Source: Myxococcota bacterium
Lineage (GTDB): Bacteria; Myxococcota_A; UBA9160; UBA4427
DNA length: 64,000 nt
Reading direction: 5' to 3'
Assembly: GCA_046351135.1 (NCBI GenBank)
Contig: JAXLZA010000002.1
Coordinates: 127,427 to 191,426 of the forward strand
Part shown: positions 1 to 9,272 of the stretch, in pieces
How the letters are laid out: every line of letters begins with the position of its first letter
How positions within the stretch are numbered: the stretch's first letter is position 1
Translations under genes and position numbers: made by a program
The notes under the pieces: model-generated
Database searches by the model: none
What the model saw: the letters and a program-made list of their open reading frames with translations, nothing else
What the model was told of the DNA's origin: nothing

Positions 1-209
1 CCCGCTCGGGCGTCGCGGGCATCGCGTCGCTCGCGGGCCTGCTCTCGATCCAGTCGGGCCCGCCGCAGCCCGGCGTGCCCACCGCCGAGGACGCCGGATC
101 GGCCCCGGCGCTCCCCGCCGCCCCCGACCCCGCCGCGTTCGAGCCGGCCGCGACCTCGAGCGGGCGCCCGGCCCTCCGGCCGATCCGGCTCTTCGACGAC
201 GCGGAGTAG
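1..209 (+). CDS. 3' end of an unidentified protein-coding gene (partial, enters from window start)
   Basis: The frame starting at nt 3 reads ...RSGVAGIASLAGLLSIQSGPPQPGVP...RPIRLFDDAE, then TAG at 207-209. Nearly every codon ends in G/C, as in the confirmed genes here. No family recognised. Confidence 0.4.
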   Translation, partial: RSGVAGIASLAGLLSIQSGPPQPGVPTAEDAGSAPALPAAPDPAAFEPAATSSGRPALRPIRLFDDAE

Positions 210-263
210 GCGGCGCCCGGCGGAAGGCGGTGCGGCGGACGGGGATCCATTACCGTTCGCCGC

Positions 264-1067
264 ATGTCGTTCCTCCTCATCGAGCGTCCCCGTCCCCACG
301 TCGCCCTCGTCACGCTGAACCGGCCCGAGCGCATGAACGCGATGGCCTTCGACGTCATGCTGCCGCTGCGCCGCGCCATCGAAGAGCTCTCGGTCGACAA
401 CGACGTCCGCGTCGTCGTGCTGACCGGGGCGGGCGAGGGCTTCTGCTCCGGGGCCGATCAGGCCGATGCCGGTGCACCGCCCCACATCGACGGGCTGACG
501 CCCGTCTCGATCGCGCTGCGGGCGCTGCAGGTCCTCGACGACGTGATGCTCGCGCTGCGGGACATGCATCAGCCGGTGATCGGCGCGATCAACGGTGCGG
601 CGATCGGCGGCGGGCTCTGCCTCTCCCTCGGCTGCGACATCCGCGTCGCCTCGACGAAGGCCTACTTCCGCGCCGCGGGCATCAACAACGGGCTGACCGC
701 GAGCGAGCTCGGGCTGAGCTACCTGCTGCCGCGGGTCGTCGGCCAGGCGCGGGCGGCGGAGATCATGCTGACGGGCCGCGACGTCGACGCGGCGGAGGCC
801 GAGCGGATCGGCCTCGTCTCCCACGTCGTCGAGCCGGAGCGCCTGCTCGAGTCCTGTTATGCGATCGCCGAGCGCATCATCGGCTGGAGCCGGCCGGGCA
901 TCGAGCTGACCAAGCGGAGCCTCTGGTCGAGCCTCGACGCCGGGAGCCTCCAGTCCCACATGCAGCTCGAGGGCATCGGCCAGCTCTTCGTCCGCATGAT
1001 GACGAAGAACTTCGAAGAGGGGACGAAGGCCCGCAAGGAGAAGCGCAAGCCGGTCTACCGCGACTGA
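264..1067 (+). CDS. enoyl-CoA hydratase/isomerase (crotonase) family protein
   Basis: 267-aa ORF with typical crotonase N-terminus: 'VALVTLNRPERMNAM ... VRVVVLTGAGEGFCSGAD ... PVIGAINGAAIGGG'. Confidence 0.9.
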   Translation: MSFLLIERPRPHVALVTLNRPERMNAMAFDVMLPLRRAIEELSVDNDVRVVVLTGAGEGFCSGADQADAGAPPHIDGLTPVSIALRALQVLDDVMLALRDMHQPVIGAINGAAIGGGLCLSLGCDIRVASTKAYFRAAGINNGLTASELGLSYLLPRVVGQARAAEIMLTGRDVDAAEAERIGLVSHVVEPERLLESCYAIAERIIGWSRPGIELTKRSLWSSLDAGSLQSHMQLEGIGQLFVRMMTKNFEEGTKARKEKRKPVYRD

Positions 1068-3355
1068 GGCGGCGACGGAGGCTCGGGTCGAGGGTTCGAC
1101 TCGAACCGCGTCCCGGACGAAGACCCGGACTCGGCCGGCGAGCGCGGCAGCGCGAAGGCGACGTACTCGCTCCCTGACGGCTGGCCGAGCTTGCCGCCGC
1201 CCGCGGCGACGACGACGAATTGCCGGCCCCGCGCTTCGTAGGTGGAAGGCGTCGCGAAGCCGGCGGCCGGCAGCGGCGCTTCCCAGAGCATGCGGCCCGT
1301 CGCGGGCTCGAAGGCGCGGATCTTCGCGTCGGGCGTCGCGGCGAGGAAGAGGAGACCGCCCGCCGTCAGGATCGGCCCACCGTAGTTCTCCGCCCCGAGC
1401 CCGCTGCGCCCGGCCGCGAGGACCTGCGGATAGTCGCCGAGGGGCACCTGCCAGCGGATCGCGCCCGCGGCGAGATCGATCGCCGAGAGCGTGCCCCAGG
1501 GCGGCTTCGAGCCCGGCAGCCCCTCGCCGTCGACGAGCTTCTGGAAGCCCGCGTTGACGAAGGTCTTCGGTCCCGACTGGGCGGCCCATGCCGATGGCGC
1601 GTCGTCGGCGTCGGCGGTGTAGACGAACCAGGTCAGCGCCGCGCGCTCGTACCACTTGAGCAGGCCGCCCAGGCCGGGCATGCGCCCGCGCCCGTCCCGG
1701 ATCAGCCGGTCGAGCTCGAGGAACGAGAGCCGCTCGTCGACGTCGATCAGCGACGGGACGCTCGAGCCGTCGCCCCGCATGTCGAGGCCGTGGCAGCCGG
1801 CGCAGGTGTGCAGATAGCCCGCGGCGATCTGCTCGCGCAGGCCGCCCGTCTCCCGCGCCTCGATCATCTGCACGACCCAGGGCACCTGGTTCGCGTTCAC
1901 GAAGAGGAGCCCATTCGCCGCGTCCCACGCCGCCCCGCCCCACTCGGCGCCCCCGTCGAGCCCGGGCGACACCACGTTCTCGGCCGCCCCGAGCGCCGTG
2001 TAGAGCGAGCCGAACTGCATCGACTCGAGGCGGGCGAGGATCGCGGCGCGCGCCGCCTCGGAGTAGTCGGTCACGTCGTCGCGGGAGAAGCCCTGGCGCA
2101 CGAAGGGCGGGGGCAGCGTGGGAAGCGGCTGGCTCGCCGCGGGCTGCTCGCCGGGGATGAAGGGGCCGACGACGGGCTCCTCGCGGAGGGGGAAGAGGGG
2201 CTCGCCGGTCTCGCGGTGGAACAGGAAGACGTGGCCCGTCTTCGTGACCTGGGCGACGGCGGGGATCTCGGCACCGTCCCGCCGGATCGTCACGAGGTTC
2301 GGCGGCGCGGGCAGGTCGCGGTCCCAGAGATCGTGGCGGACGAGCTGCCGATGCCAGCGGCGCTCGCCGGTGCGGGCGTCGAGGGCGATCAGGCAGTTGG
2401 CGTAGAGGTTGTCTCCGGCGCGATCGGCACCGTAGTAGTCGTAGGTCGCGGAGCCGGTCGGCACGAAGGCGAGCCCGCGCTCGCGGTCGACGGTGATCCC
2501 GGCCCAGGCATTCGCGCCGCCCACGCGCTCCCAGGCGTCGGGCGGCCAGGTCTCGTGGCCGGGCTCACCGGGCCGCGGGATCGTCCGGAAGCGCCAGCGC
2601 AGCACGCCGGTCCGCACGTCGAAGGCGCGCACGTCCCCGGGCGCCGCGCCCTTCATCTCGTTGACGCGGCCTCCGATCAGGATCAGGTCCTCGAAGATCG
2701 TGCCCGGGGTGTTGGCGACGACGCCGAAGAGGTCGTTGCCGAGGTCGCGGTCGAGGCCCTCGCGCAGGTCGATGCGCCCGTTCTCGCCGAAGGACTCGAT
2801 CGGGTGGCCGGTGCGCGCGTCGATCGCGTGGAGATAGGGGCCGGCGCCGAAGAAGATCCGCTCGTCGCCGTCGGTGGGGTCGCGGTCGGTGCCTCCACGG
2901 CCGCCGTCGCTCTTCGCCGGCGCCTCCCAGTAGGCGACGCCGCGGCTCGCGGTCCAGACGCGGATGTCGGCGTCGGGCTCGAAGCGCCAGAGCTCTGCGC
3001 CCGTCGCGGCGTCGAGGGCGAAGAGGGCGAGGGCGGGCGAGGTCCCATAGAGGACGCCCTTCACGACCAGGGGATTGGTCTGGATCTGGGTCGTCGCCGC
3101 GGTCGAGGCACCGCCGGCGTCGTAGCGCCAGGCGACCTCGAGGCGGCCGACGTTCTCCGGGCGGATCTGGTCGAGGGGCGAGGAATGACTCGCGGCGGCG
3201 TCGCCGAGGTAGGTCCGCCACTCCCGCTCGGCCGGGGCATGGCCTTCGCGGGCGGCGAGCAGGGCGGCGCCGGGCGCTCGATCCGCGGGCTCGCAGGCGA
3301 GGAGGGTCAGGCCGAGGCCGACGGCGACGAGGGCCGGGGCAGGGGAGATCGGCAT
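1055..3355 (-). CDS. PQQ-dependent (quinoprotein) dehydrogenase-like beta-propeller lipoprotein with an internal c-type heme site
   Basis: 766-aa ORF. Signal peptide plus lipobox 'LTLLAC'. Quinoprotein-like N-terminus 'EWRTYLGDAAASHSSPLDQI...NVGRLEVAWRY'. Propeller-type repeats run to the C-terminus. CXXCH 'CAGCH' is encoded at 1790-1804. Confidence 0.85.
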   Translation of the reverse strand: MPISPAPALVAVGLGLTLLACEPADRAPGAALLAAREGHAPAEREWRTYLGDAAASHSSPLDQIRPENVGRLEVAWRYDAGGASTAATTQIQTNPLVVKGVLYGTSPALALFALDAATGAELWRFEPDADIRVWTASRGVAYWEAPAKSDGGRGGTDRDPTDGDERIFFGAGPYLHAIDARTGHPIESFGENGRIDLREGLDRDLGNDLFGVVANTPGTIFEDLILIGGRVNEMKGAAPGDVRAFDVRTGVLRWRFRTIPRPGEPGHETWPPDAWERVGGANAWAGITVDRERGLAFVPTGSATYDYYGADRAGDNLYANCLIALDARTGERRWHRQLVRHDLWDRDLPAPPNLVTIRRDGAEIPAVAQVTKTGHVFLFHRETGEPLFPLREEPVVGPFIPGEQPAASQPLPTLPPPFVRQGFSRDDVTDYSEAARAAILARLESMQFGSLYTALGAAENVVSPGLDGGAEWGGAAWDAANGLLFVNANQVPWVVQMIEARETGGLREQIAAGYLHTCAGCHGLDMRGDGSSVPSLIDVDERLSFLELDRLIRDGRGRMPGLGGLLKWYERAALTWFVYTADADDAPSAWAAQSGPKTFVNAGFQKLVDGEGLPGSKPPWGTLSAIDLAAGAIRWQVPLGDYPQVLAAGRSGLGAENYGGPILTAGGLLFLAATPDAKIRAFEPATGRMLWEAPLPAAGFATPSTYEARGRQFVVVAAGGGKLGQPSGSEYVAFALPRSPAESGSSSGTRFESNPRPEPPSPPQSR

Positions 3356-3356
3356 C

Positions 3357-3815
3357 TCAGGCGCCGTCCCGCGAGGTGACGACGGGCCCCTCGGTCAAGA
3401 TGCTCGAGTAGACGCGGCGATCGACGCGCCAGCCCGCCGGGGTCCGGACCAGCTCGTCGTCGTACAGGCCCCACATCGAGTAGAGGGCGCCTTCGTGACG
3501 CCCGACCCCGCGGTGGACGGCGTAGTAGTTCACCTTCGCGTGGGCCCGGTCGCCGTCCACCTGGATGCGGAAGTTGCCGACGTTGTGGTGGGTCGCCCCG
3601 CAGTGGGATCCGTCACCGAGATTCCAGTGCATCGAGGCGATCAGGGGGGCGAGGCCTTCGACCGTGACGCCGGGGAGCGAGCGGGTGTAGTCGTGCCGGG
3701 TGTCGAGGGTGAAGCAGTCGCCGAGGCGATCGAATTGCTTGGCGTCGACCAGCTCGCAGTAACGGACGTAGATCTGCTCGATGGCGTGGCAGTCCTCGAG
3801 AAAGCTCGGCGGCAT
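3357..3815 (-). CDS. SnoaL-like / NTF2-fold protein
   Basis: This is the last 152 aa of the 713-aa track ORF, starting at 'MPPSFLEDCHAIEQIYVRYCELVDAKQFDRLGDCF' (ATG at 3815). The C-terminus 'ELVRTPAGWRVDRRV' is typical of SnoaL_4-type proteins. Its stop lies 1 nt before the start of the PQQ dehydrogenase gene. Confidence 0.8.
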   Translation of the reverse strand: MPPSFLEDCHAIEQIYVRYCELVDAKQFDRLGDCFTLDTRHDYTRSLPGVTVEGLAPLIASMHWNLGDGSHCGATHHNVGNFRIQVDGDRAHAKVNYYAVHRGVGRHEGALYSMWGLYDDELVRTPAGWRVDRRVYSSILTEGPVVTSRDGA

Positions 3816-3914
3816 CGGGGCTCCGGGTTCGGGGGGCGGTCGGGACGGTCTTTTCGGATCCGCCGGAGGAGAGCATGCTTCGCGCGCGGGCGCATCGGTG
3901 GGGGGCCGACGACC

Positions 3915-4520
3915 ATGGGGCGGAGCGCCGAGGGGGCGAGGGTCTTCGTGGCCGTCGAGGTCGGGGAGGCGGTCCGGGCGCTCGCCGAAGAGGCGACGGT
4001 CCATCTCCGCGGCGTCCTGCGCGGCCGCCCCGGCCTCCGGTTCACCCGCCCCGTCGACCTCCACGTCACCCTCGCCTTCCTCGGCGAGCTCGAGGCAGAG
4101 CGCCTCGCCGCGCTCGACGGGATCGTCGCCGCGGTCGCGGCAACGCATGCGTCGATCGACGCGGAAGTCGGCGGTCTGGGGGCGTTTCCCCGAAGCGAGT
4201 CGGCGCGCGTCCTCTGGCTCGGGTTCGGTGCCGAGAATCCCGCGCTGCTCGGGCTCGTGGCCGATCTCCACGCGCGCCTGCGCACGGCGGGACATTCCCT
4301 CGAGTCCCGGCCCTGGAGCGGTCACGTCACGCTCGCGCGCTGCCGATCGAGAGGGGGAGTCGACGTGCGCACGGCGTTCGCGAGCGGGCCCGATCGCCGG
4401 GTCGTGTGTCGGGTCGAGTCGATCGTCGTGATGGAGAGCCGGCCGCGCGCGGACGGCGGCCACTACACGCCGATTTTTCGTGCGCTTCTGTCGGGCGGGG
4501 CGCGATGCGAGCGTGTATGA
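3915..4520 (+). CDS. thpR: RNA 2',3'-cyclic phosphodiesterase (2H phosphoesterase, LigT/ThpR family)
   Basis: ATG at 3915 ('MGRSAEGARVFVAVEV'). Two HxT motifs are present: 'LHVTLAFLG' and 'GHVTLAR'. Length is about 201 aa. Confidence 0.8.
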   Translation: MGRSAEGARVFVAVEVGEAVRALAEEATVHLRGVLRGRPGLRFTRPVDLHVTLAFLGELEAERLAALDGIVAAVAATHASIDAEVGGLGAFPRSESARVLWLGFGAENPALLGLVADLHARLRTAGHSLESRPWSGHVTLARCRSRGGVDVRTAFASGPDRRVVCRVESIVVMESRPRADGGHYTPIFRALLSGGARCERV

Positions 4521-4541
4521 ATCCGGGTGGAGGTCGACTGA

Positions 4542-5342
4542 ATGCGCATCGTCGGTAGAACGCGCGGCCCGATCTCCTCGCGCGCCTCCTCGCGCGCGAC
4601 GCGGAGCGTGCGCGGTCCGCGCGGCGGGATCGTGCTCGCGGCGACGGCGGCCTTCGCCGCGCTCCGTGCGATCGCGCTCGCCACGATCGCATCCGCCCCG
4701 ACCGCCCGCGCCGACGCGCCGCCCGTCCAGCTCGCGGCCGCCGAGTCCCGCGTTGCGCGCCTCGTCGAGGCGGGCGTGCCCGAGGCGCCGCTCCGCCATG
4801 CCCTCGCGGCCCTCGACTGCGCGCGCTCGCGCGGTCTCGTCGAGGACACGACGTTGACGCTGATCGACTACTCGCGCCCCTCCTCCGCGCGCCGGCTCTG
4901 GGTGATCGATCCCGTCGCCGGCCGCATCCGCTTCCACGAGCTCGTCGCCCACGGTCGCGAGAGCGGCGAGGTCCGGGCGAAGCGCTTCTCGAACGAGGTC
5001 GGATCGCGCCAGTCGAGCCTCGGGCTCTTCCGGACCGCCGAGACCTACTACGGACGCCACGGCTACTCCCTGCGCCTCGACGGCCTCGAGCCCGGGATCA
5101 ACGACCGCGCGCGGGAGCGGGCGATCGTGATGCACGGCGCCGACTACGTGACCGAGGAGGTCGTCGACTACTTCGGCCGCGTCGGCCGCAGCTGGGGCTG
5201 CCCGGCCGTCGATCCGGCGGTCCATCGCGCGCTGATCGACGAGATCCGTGGCGGCACCGCCGTCTTCGCCTGGTACCCCGACGATCACTGGCTGCGCCGC
5301 TCGCCGTACCAGACCTGCGAGACCGAGACCGCGGCGCGATGA
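4542..5342 (+). CDS. L,D-transpeptidase catalytic-domain family protein (YkuD_2-like)
   Basis: Motifs 'LTLIDYSRPSSARRLWVID', 'HGRESG', 'IVMHGADYV' and 'GRSWGCPAV' (Cys-containing active-site-like motif), with an N-terminal hydrophobic signal-like segment. Confidence 0.7.
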   Translation: MRIVGRTRGPISSRASSRATRSVRGPRGGIVLAATAAFAALRAIALATIASAPTARADAPPVQLAAAESRVARLVEAGVPEAPLRHALAALDCARSRGLVEDTTLTLIDYSRPSSARRLWVIDPVAGRIRFHELVAHGRESGEVRAKRFSNEVGSRQSSLGLFRTAETYYGRHGYSLRLDGLEPGINDRARERAIVMHGADYVTEEVVDYFGRVGRSWGCPAVDPAVHRALIDEIRGGTAVFAWYPDDHWLRRSPYQTCETETAAR

Positions 5343-5373
5343 ATCCCGACGGGCTCGGGATCCCCGCGCTTCG

Positions 5374-8300
5374 ATGAAGCGACGGCTCGCCCTCGTCGCC
5401 GCCCTCCTGGTCGCGCTCGTCGCGCTGCCGTGGGCGGGCTTCCGCCTCTGGCTCTCGGGGCAGCCCGAGGAGACCCGCATCGCCGTCGAGGCCTTCACCG
5501 CCCGCGAGTTCCTCGCGGTCGTCCTCGACCACTTCTTTCCGCAGCCGATCGACGACTTCGGGCGCTTCGACCGCCGCGATCATCCCGGTCGCGGGGCGTC
5601 GCCCTGGGTGATGCGCAGCAGCCTCGACGGCCGCCCGCGCATGCTGTCGGTGGCCCTCGCCCCGGAGCTCTGGCTCGCGTACAGCACGGAGACCGCGTCG
5701 ATCCACCAGCTCTGGCGCGGCGACGTCGACTTTTCGGGACCGGCCTTCGACGCGCGCCACGGCCGCGAGCCGATGAGCCGGGGCGCTGCGTGGTGGCGCC
5801 CCGATGCGACGACGGCCTGGCGTGTGCGCGACGGGGGAGAATGGCGGCCCGCGGCGATCCGCTGGCGCGGCCACGGCTTCGATCGGGGGACGGGTGCGCT
5901 CTGGCTCCATTACGAGGTCCGTGATCCGGCGGGCCGGAGCCGCGAGGTCGTCGAGCGACCGGAGCGCGCGACGCCCGCCGACGGAGATCCGACGAAGGAC
6001 CCCGGCGGCTCGTCCGTCGGCCTCGTGCGCGTCTTCGAGGTCGCGGCGGGCGAGGGCCCCGAGCTCGCGCTCGAGCTCGCGGCGCCCTCCGTCGCGGGGG
6101 CCTCGGTCGAGACGGAGGCCGTGCTCGAGGCGGGCTCGCGGCTGCGGCTCGCGCCGGGGCGGACGGAGCTCGTGCAGCGGTTCGCGGGGGAGCCCGAGCC
6201 GATCGCGCGGCCCGACGTGGCCGCGCTCCCCGAGAGCGCCTTCTCGGCCTACGACTGCGAGACCTGCCACGGCGAGCGGGAGCGCATCGTCGGCCCCGCC
6301 TGGCAGGAGATCGCCGCCCGCCACGCCGGCGCGAATCGCGCGGCCACCGCGGCCATGCTCGCGACCCGGATCCGCGAAGGCGGCGTCGGCCACTGGGGGT
6401 CGGTCGCGATGCCGCCCCATCCGGATCTCTCCCACGACGAGGCGACCGCGCTGGCGCTGCGTGTCCTCGAGACCGAGCTCGAGTCCGATTCGGAGACCGC
6501 GCTCGAGACCAAGAGCGGGAACGGAGCCGCGGACGAGCCGGCGAGCGCCGCCGACACGACCTACGCCTACGACACCGGCCCTCGCCCCGCGACCCTCCAC
6601 CCCGCACTGCGCGCGACGACGATCGCGCCGCCCGGCTTCACGCCGCGGGTCGGTGGGCTCGCGTTCCTGCCCGACGGCCGGCTCGCCGTCTCGACCTGGG
6701 ACCACGACGGCGCGGTCTTCCTCGTCGCGGGCTGGGACGGGCCGGCGGAGTCGGTGCGCGTGCGGCGGATCGCCGAGGGGCTCCACGAGCCGCTCGGGCT
6801 CGCCTTCGCGGACGGGGCCCTCCATGTGATCCAGAAGCAGGAGATCACCCGCCTCGTCGACGCGGACGGCGACGACTGGATCGACGAGTACCGGACCCTC
6901 GCCAACGACTGGACCGCGACCTCGAACTTCCACGAGTTCGGCTTCGGCCTGCCCGTGATCGACGGCTTCCTCTACGCCGGCCTCTCGGTCTGCATCCTCG
7001 AGGGCGGCAAGAGCTGCCGGGATCAGACCGCCGATCGCGGGCGGATCGTGCGGGTCTCGCTCGAGACCGGTGCGGTCGAGCGGATCGCGAGCGGCCTGCG
7101 CACGCCGAACGGCGTCGCCGCGACGCCGACGGGCGAGCTCCTCGTCACCGACAACCAGGGCGCCTGGCTGCCGTCGAGCAAGCTGATCCGCGTCGAGCGC
7201 GGTGCGGACTACGGCTGGCGACCGCCGGGCGAATCTCCCGACCCCGCCGCCGTCACGCCGCCCACGCTCTGGCTCCCGCAGAACGAGGTCGGCAACTCGC
7301 CGACCCAGCCCCTCGTCCCGACCGCGGGGCCCTACGCCGGACAGGTGTTGTTCGGCGACGTCTTCAACGGCGGGCTCAAGCGGGCGGTGCTCGAGGAGGT
7401 CGCGGGGGTCTGGCAGGGCGTCGCGTTCCACTTCTCGGGCGGGCTCGCGGCGCCGGTCAATCGCCTCGTCGAGGCGCCGGACGGGAGCCTCATCGCCGGC
7501 GAGATCGGAAGCCCGGGCAACTGGGGCGAGTACGGCAAGCCGTGGTACGGGCTCGAGCGCCTCGTCTTCGCCGACGAGCCGGCCTTCGAGCCGATGCGGA
7601 TCGCGCTGCGGCCGGGCGGCTTCGACGTCGTCTACTCGCGCGCCCTCGCGCCGGGCCTCGCGCTCGATCTGAAGGCCTTCCGGCTCGAGGACTGGTTCTA
7701 CGTGCCGACGCCCCGTTATGGCGGGCCGAAGCACGCCGTGCGCGCGCTGCCCGTCGACGCCGTGCGCCTCTCGGCGGATCGGCGCGTCGTGTCCCTCGAC
7801 GTCCCGGGGCTCGCGGCGGGGCGCGTCGTCCATCTGCGCCTCGATCCGGCGATCCGCTCCGAGCGTGGGGAGCCGGCCTGGGTCGACGAGGCCTGGTACA
7901 CGCTGAACGCGCTGGCGAGCGGCGAGGGCGGCGAAGGCGAATCACCCGCTGCGGGTACGTCCGCCGAGATCGAAGCGACCGCCGCGAGCGCAGCATCGGC
8001 CGTGGGCGCGCCCGCGCCTGGCGCGCCGACCGCAGGCTCGCTCACCCCGAGCGAGCTCGCCGAAGGCTGGGAGCCGCTCTTCGACGGGCGCAGCTTCGCC
8101 GGCTGGAAGAACTACGGTGCGACGACCGATCGGGTCGAGGGCTGGGCGATTCGCGACGGGGCGCTCGAGTTCACGCGCAACGAGCCCTTCGCGCTGCTCG
8201 TCCTGCGCCACATGAACCCGTTCGCGCGGCCCTCCCTCGACCTGATGACGAAGGAGCGCTTCGGCGACTTCGAGCTCCGCCTCGAGTGGAAGGTCGAGCC

Positions 8301-8721
8301 CGGGGGCAACAGCGGGATCTTCTATCTCGTGCCGGACGAGCGCGATCGCCTCGGCTGGACGCGGGCCCTCGAGATGCAGGTCCTCGACGACGAGCGCCAT
8401 GCCGATGGTCAGAAGGAGAAGCGCCGCGCCGGGGACCTCTACGACGTCGTCGCCAGTGTGCGGCGGATGTCGCGTCCCGCCGGCGAGTGGAACGAGGCGC
8501 GCATCCGCGTCGAGCGCGGGCGGATCCAGCACTGGCTGAACGGCGAGAAGGTCGTCGACGTCGTCCGCGGGAGCCCCGACTGGGACCGGGCGATCGCCGC
8601 CAGCAAGCACGCCGGCGTCGAGGGCTTCGGCCTCGCCCGCGAGGGCCACATCCTGCTCCAGGACCACGGCGATGCCGTCTGGTACCGGAACATCGCCATC
8701 CGACGCCTGCCGAGCGAGTGA
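5374..8721 (+). CDS. large exported multidomain protein: N-terminal domain, class I cytochrome c module, sugar-dehydrogenase-like beta-propeller, C-terminal DUF1080 (3-keto-disaccharide hydrolase-like) domain
   Basis: ATG at 5374 ('MKRRLALVAALLVALVALPWAG' signal/anchor). Heme site 'CETCHGERERIVGPAWQEIAARHAG ... GSVAMPPH'. Propeller-like 'LHEPLGLAF ... TPNGVA ... DNQGAW'. C-terminal 'FELRLEWKVEPGGNSGIFY ... HILLQDHGDAVWYRNIAIRRL'. Confidence 0.8.
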   Translation: MKRRLALVAALLVALVALPWAGFRLWLSGQPEETRIAVEAFTAREFLAVVLDHFFPQPIDDFGRFDRRDHPGRGASPWVMRSSLDGRPRMLSVALAPELWLAYSTETASIHQLWRGDVDFSGPAFDARHGREPMSRGAAWWRPDATTAWRVRDGGEWRPAAIRWRGHGFDRGTGALWLHYEVRDPAGRSREVVERPERATPADGDPTKDPGGSSVGLVRVFEVAAGEGPELALELAAPSVAGASVETEAVLEAGSRLRLAPGRTELVQRFAGEPEPIARPDVAALPESAFSAYDCETCHGERERIVGPAWQEIAARHAGANRAATAAMLATRIREGGVGHWGSVAMPPHPDLSHDEATALALRVLETELESDSETALETKSGNGAADEPASAADTTYAYDTGPRPATLHPALRATTIAPPGFTPRVGGLAFLPDGRLAVSTWDHDGAVFLVAGWDGPAESVRVRRIAEGLHEPLGLAFADGALHVIQKQEITRLVDADGDDWIDEYRTLANDWTATSNFHEFGFGLPVIDGFLYAGLSVCILEGGKSCRDQTADRGRIVRVSLETGAVERIASGLRTPNGVAATPTGELLVTDNQGAWLPSSKLIRVERGADYGWRPPGESPDPAAVTPPTLWLPQNEVGNSPTQPLVPTAGPYAGQVLFGDVFNGGLKRAVLEEVAGVWQGVAFHFSGGLAAPVNRLVEAPDGSLIAGEIGSPGNWGEYGKPWYGLERLVFADEPAFEPMRIALRPGGFDVVYSRALAPGLALDLKAFRLEDWFYVPTPRYGGPKHAVRALPVDAVRLSADRRVVSLDVPGLAAGRVVHLRLDPAIRSERGEPAWVDEAWYTLNALASGEGGEGESPAAGTSAEIEATAASAASAVGAPAPGAPTAGSLTPSELAEGWEPLFDGRSFAGWKNYGATTDRVEGWAIRDGALEFTRNEPFALLVLRHMNPFARPSLDLMTKERFGDFELRLEWKVEPGGNSGIFYLVPDERDRLGWTRALEMQVLDDERHADGQKEKRRAGDLYDVVASVRRMSRPAGEWNEARIRVERGRIQHWLNGEKVVDVVRGSPDWDRAIAASKHAGVEGFGLAREGHILLQDHGDAVWYRNIAIRRLPSE

Positions 8722-8786
8722 CGCCGTGGGCGAGTGCAACGGCCCGCCGAGTGAGCCCGGCGTTCGGGGGCCCCGCCGCGGCGCGA

Positions 8787-9215
8787 TCAGTCCGCGAGCT
8801 GGACGCCGCTCCCGCCGAAGTCGCTCGGCATGTCCTTGAACTTCGGCAGCCCGTCGCGGACCGGCATCACCTTCTCGCCGTAGTGGACGTGGATCGTCGG
8901 CTGGAAGGCGAGGCCGCGGATGCCGCCGGCCGGGACGTCGACCATGCCGAGGGCGGGATGGTCGATCAGGACCGGCGTTCCGCAGCGCTGGCAGAACTTG
9001 CGGTGGCTCGCGTCGGTGCGCTTGTAGGTGCCGAGCAGATCGGCGCCCTGGGTGATGTGGATGGCGGCCGCGGGCCAGAGGCTCGCGGAATGGAGCGGGG
9101 CCCCGCGCCAGCCGCGGCAGGACTCGCAGTGACAGTAGACCTGGAACGCGGGCTCGCCGGCGAGCTCGAGGGCGACTGCGCCACACATGCAGGCACTCTT
9201 GCGGGATTGCGCCAT
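8787..9215 (-). CDS. GFA (glutathione-dependent formaldehyde-activating / CENP-V-like) family zinc-binding protein
   Basis: Cys pattern 'CMCGAV...CHCESC...CQRCGTP'. Start chosen at ATG 9215 ('MAQSRK') because GGAGGAG lies about 4-5 nt upstream on the coding strand. The track ORF extends to 9269. Confidence 0.8.
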   Translation of the reverse strand: MAQSRKSACMCGAVALELAGEPAFQVYCHCESCRGWRGAPLHSASLWPAAAIHITQGADLLGTYKRTDASHRKFCQRCGTPVLIDHPALGMVDVPAGGIRGLAFQPTIHVHYGEKVMPVRDGLPKFKDMPSDFGGSGVQLAD

Positions 9216-9272
9216 GGACTCCTCCGATCGCGTCATGGGCTCCGCCTCGGGCGGAGCGGGATCGCGCAAACG

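Noticed and set aside
1093-1107. tRNA-like 'GGTTCGA-C-TCGAACC' palindrome
   Set aside because: It is a perfect 7-bp inverted repeat with a 1-nt spacer inside the C-terminal coding region of the PQQ dehydrogenase. There is no surrounding cloverleaf (acceptor or anticodon arms). I found no tRNA genes anywhere in the window by eye.
1220-3379. 719-aa plus-strand ORF opposite the PQQ dehydrogenase gene. The same pattern recurs at 5098-7833(-), 7942-10878(-), 10879-12507(-), 14783-17335(-), 17070-19100(-), 20128-21687(-), 22746-24173(-), 30984-33635(-), 34113-36830(-), 38236-39921(-), 44247-47333(-), 53964-56738(-) and 58685-62449(-).
   Set aside because: All are Arg/Pro/Gly/Ala-rich with no recognisable motifs, and each lies antisense or out of frame to an ORF with clear family signatures and G/C-rich third positions. 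Stop-codon depletion in GC-rich DNA explains them.
3357-5498. 713-aa minus-strand ORF suggested by the track
   Set aside because: Only the last 152 codons (3357-3815) look like a real SnoaL-like protein. Upstream it runs antisense through the thpR and L,D-transpeptidase-like genes and is Arg-rich.
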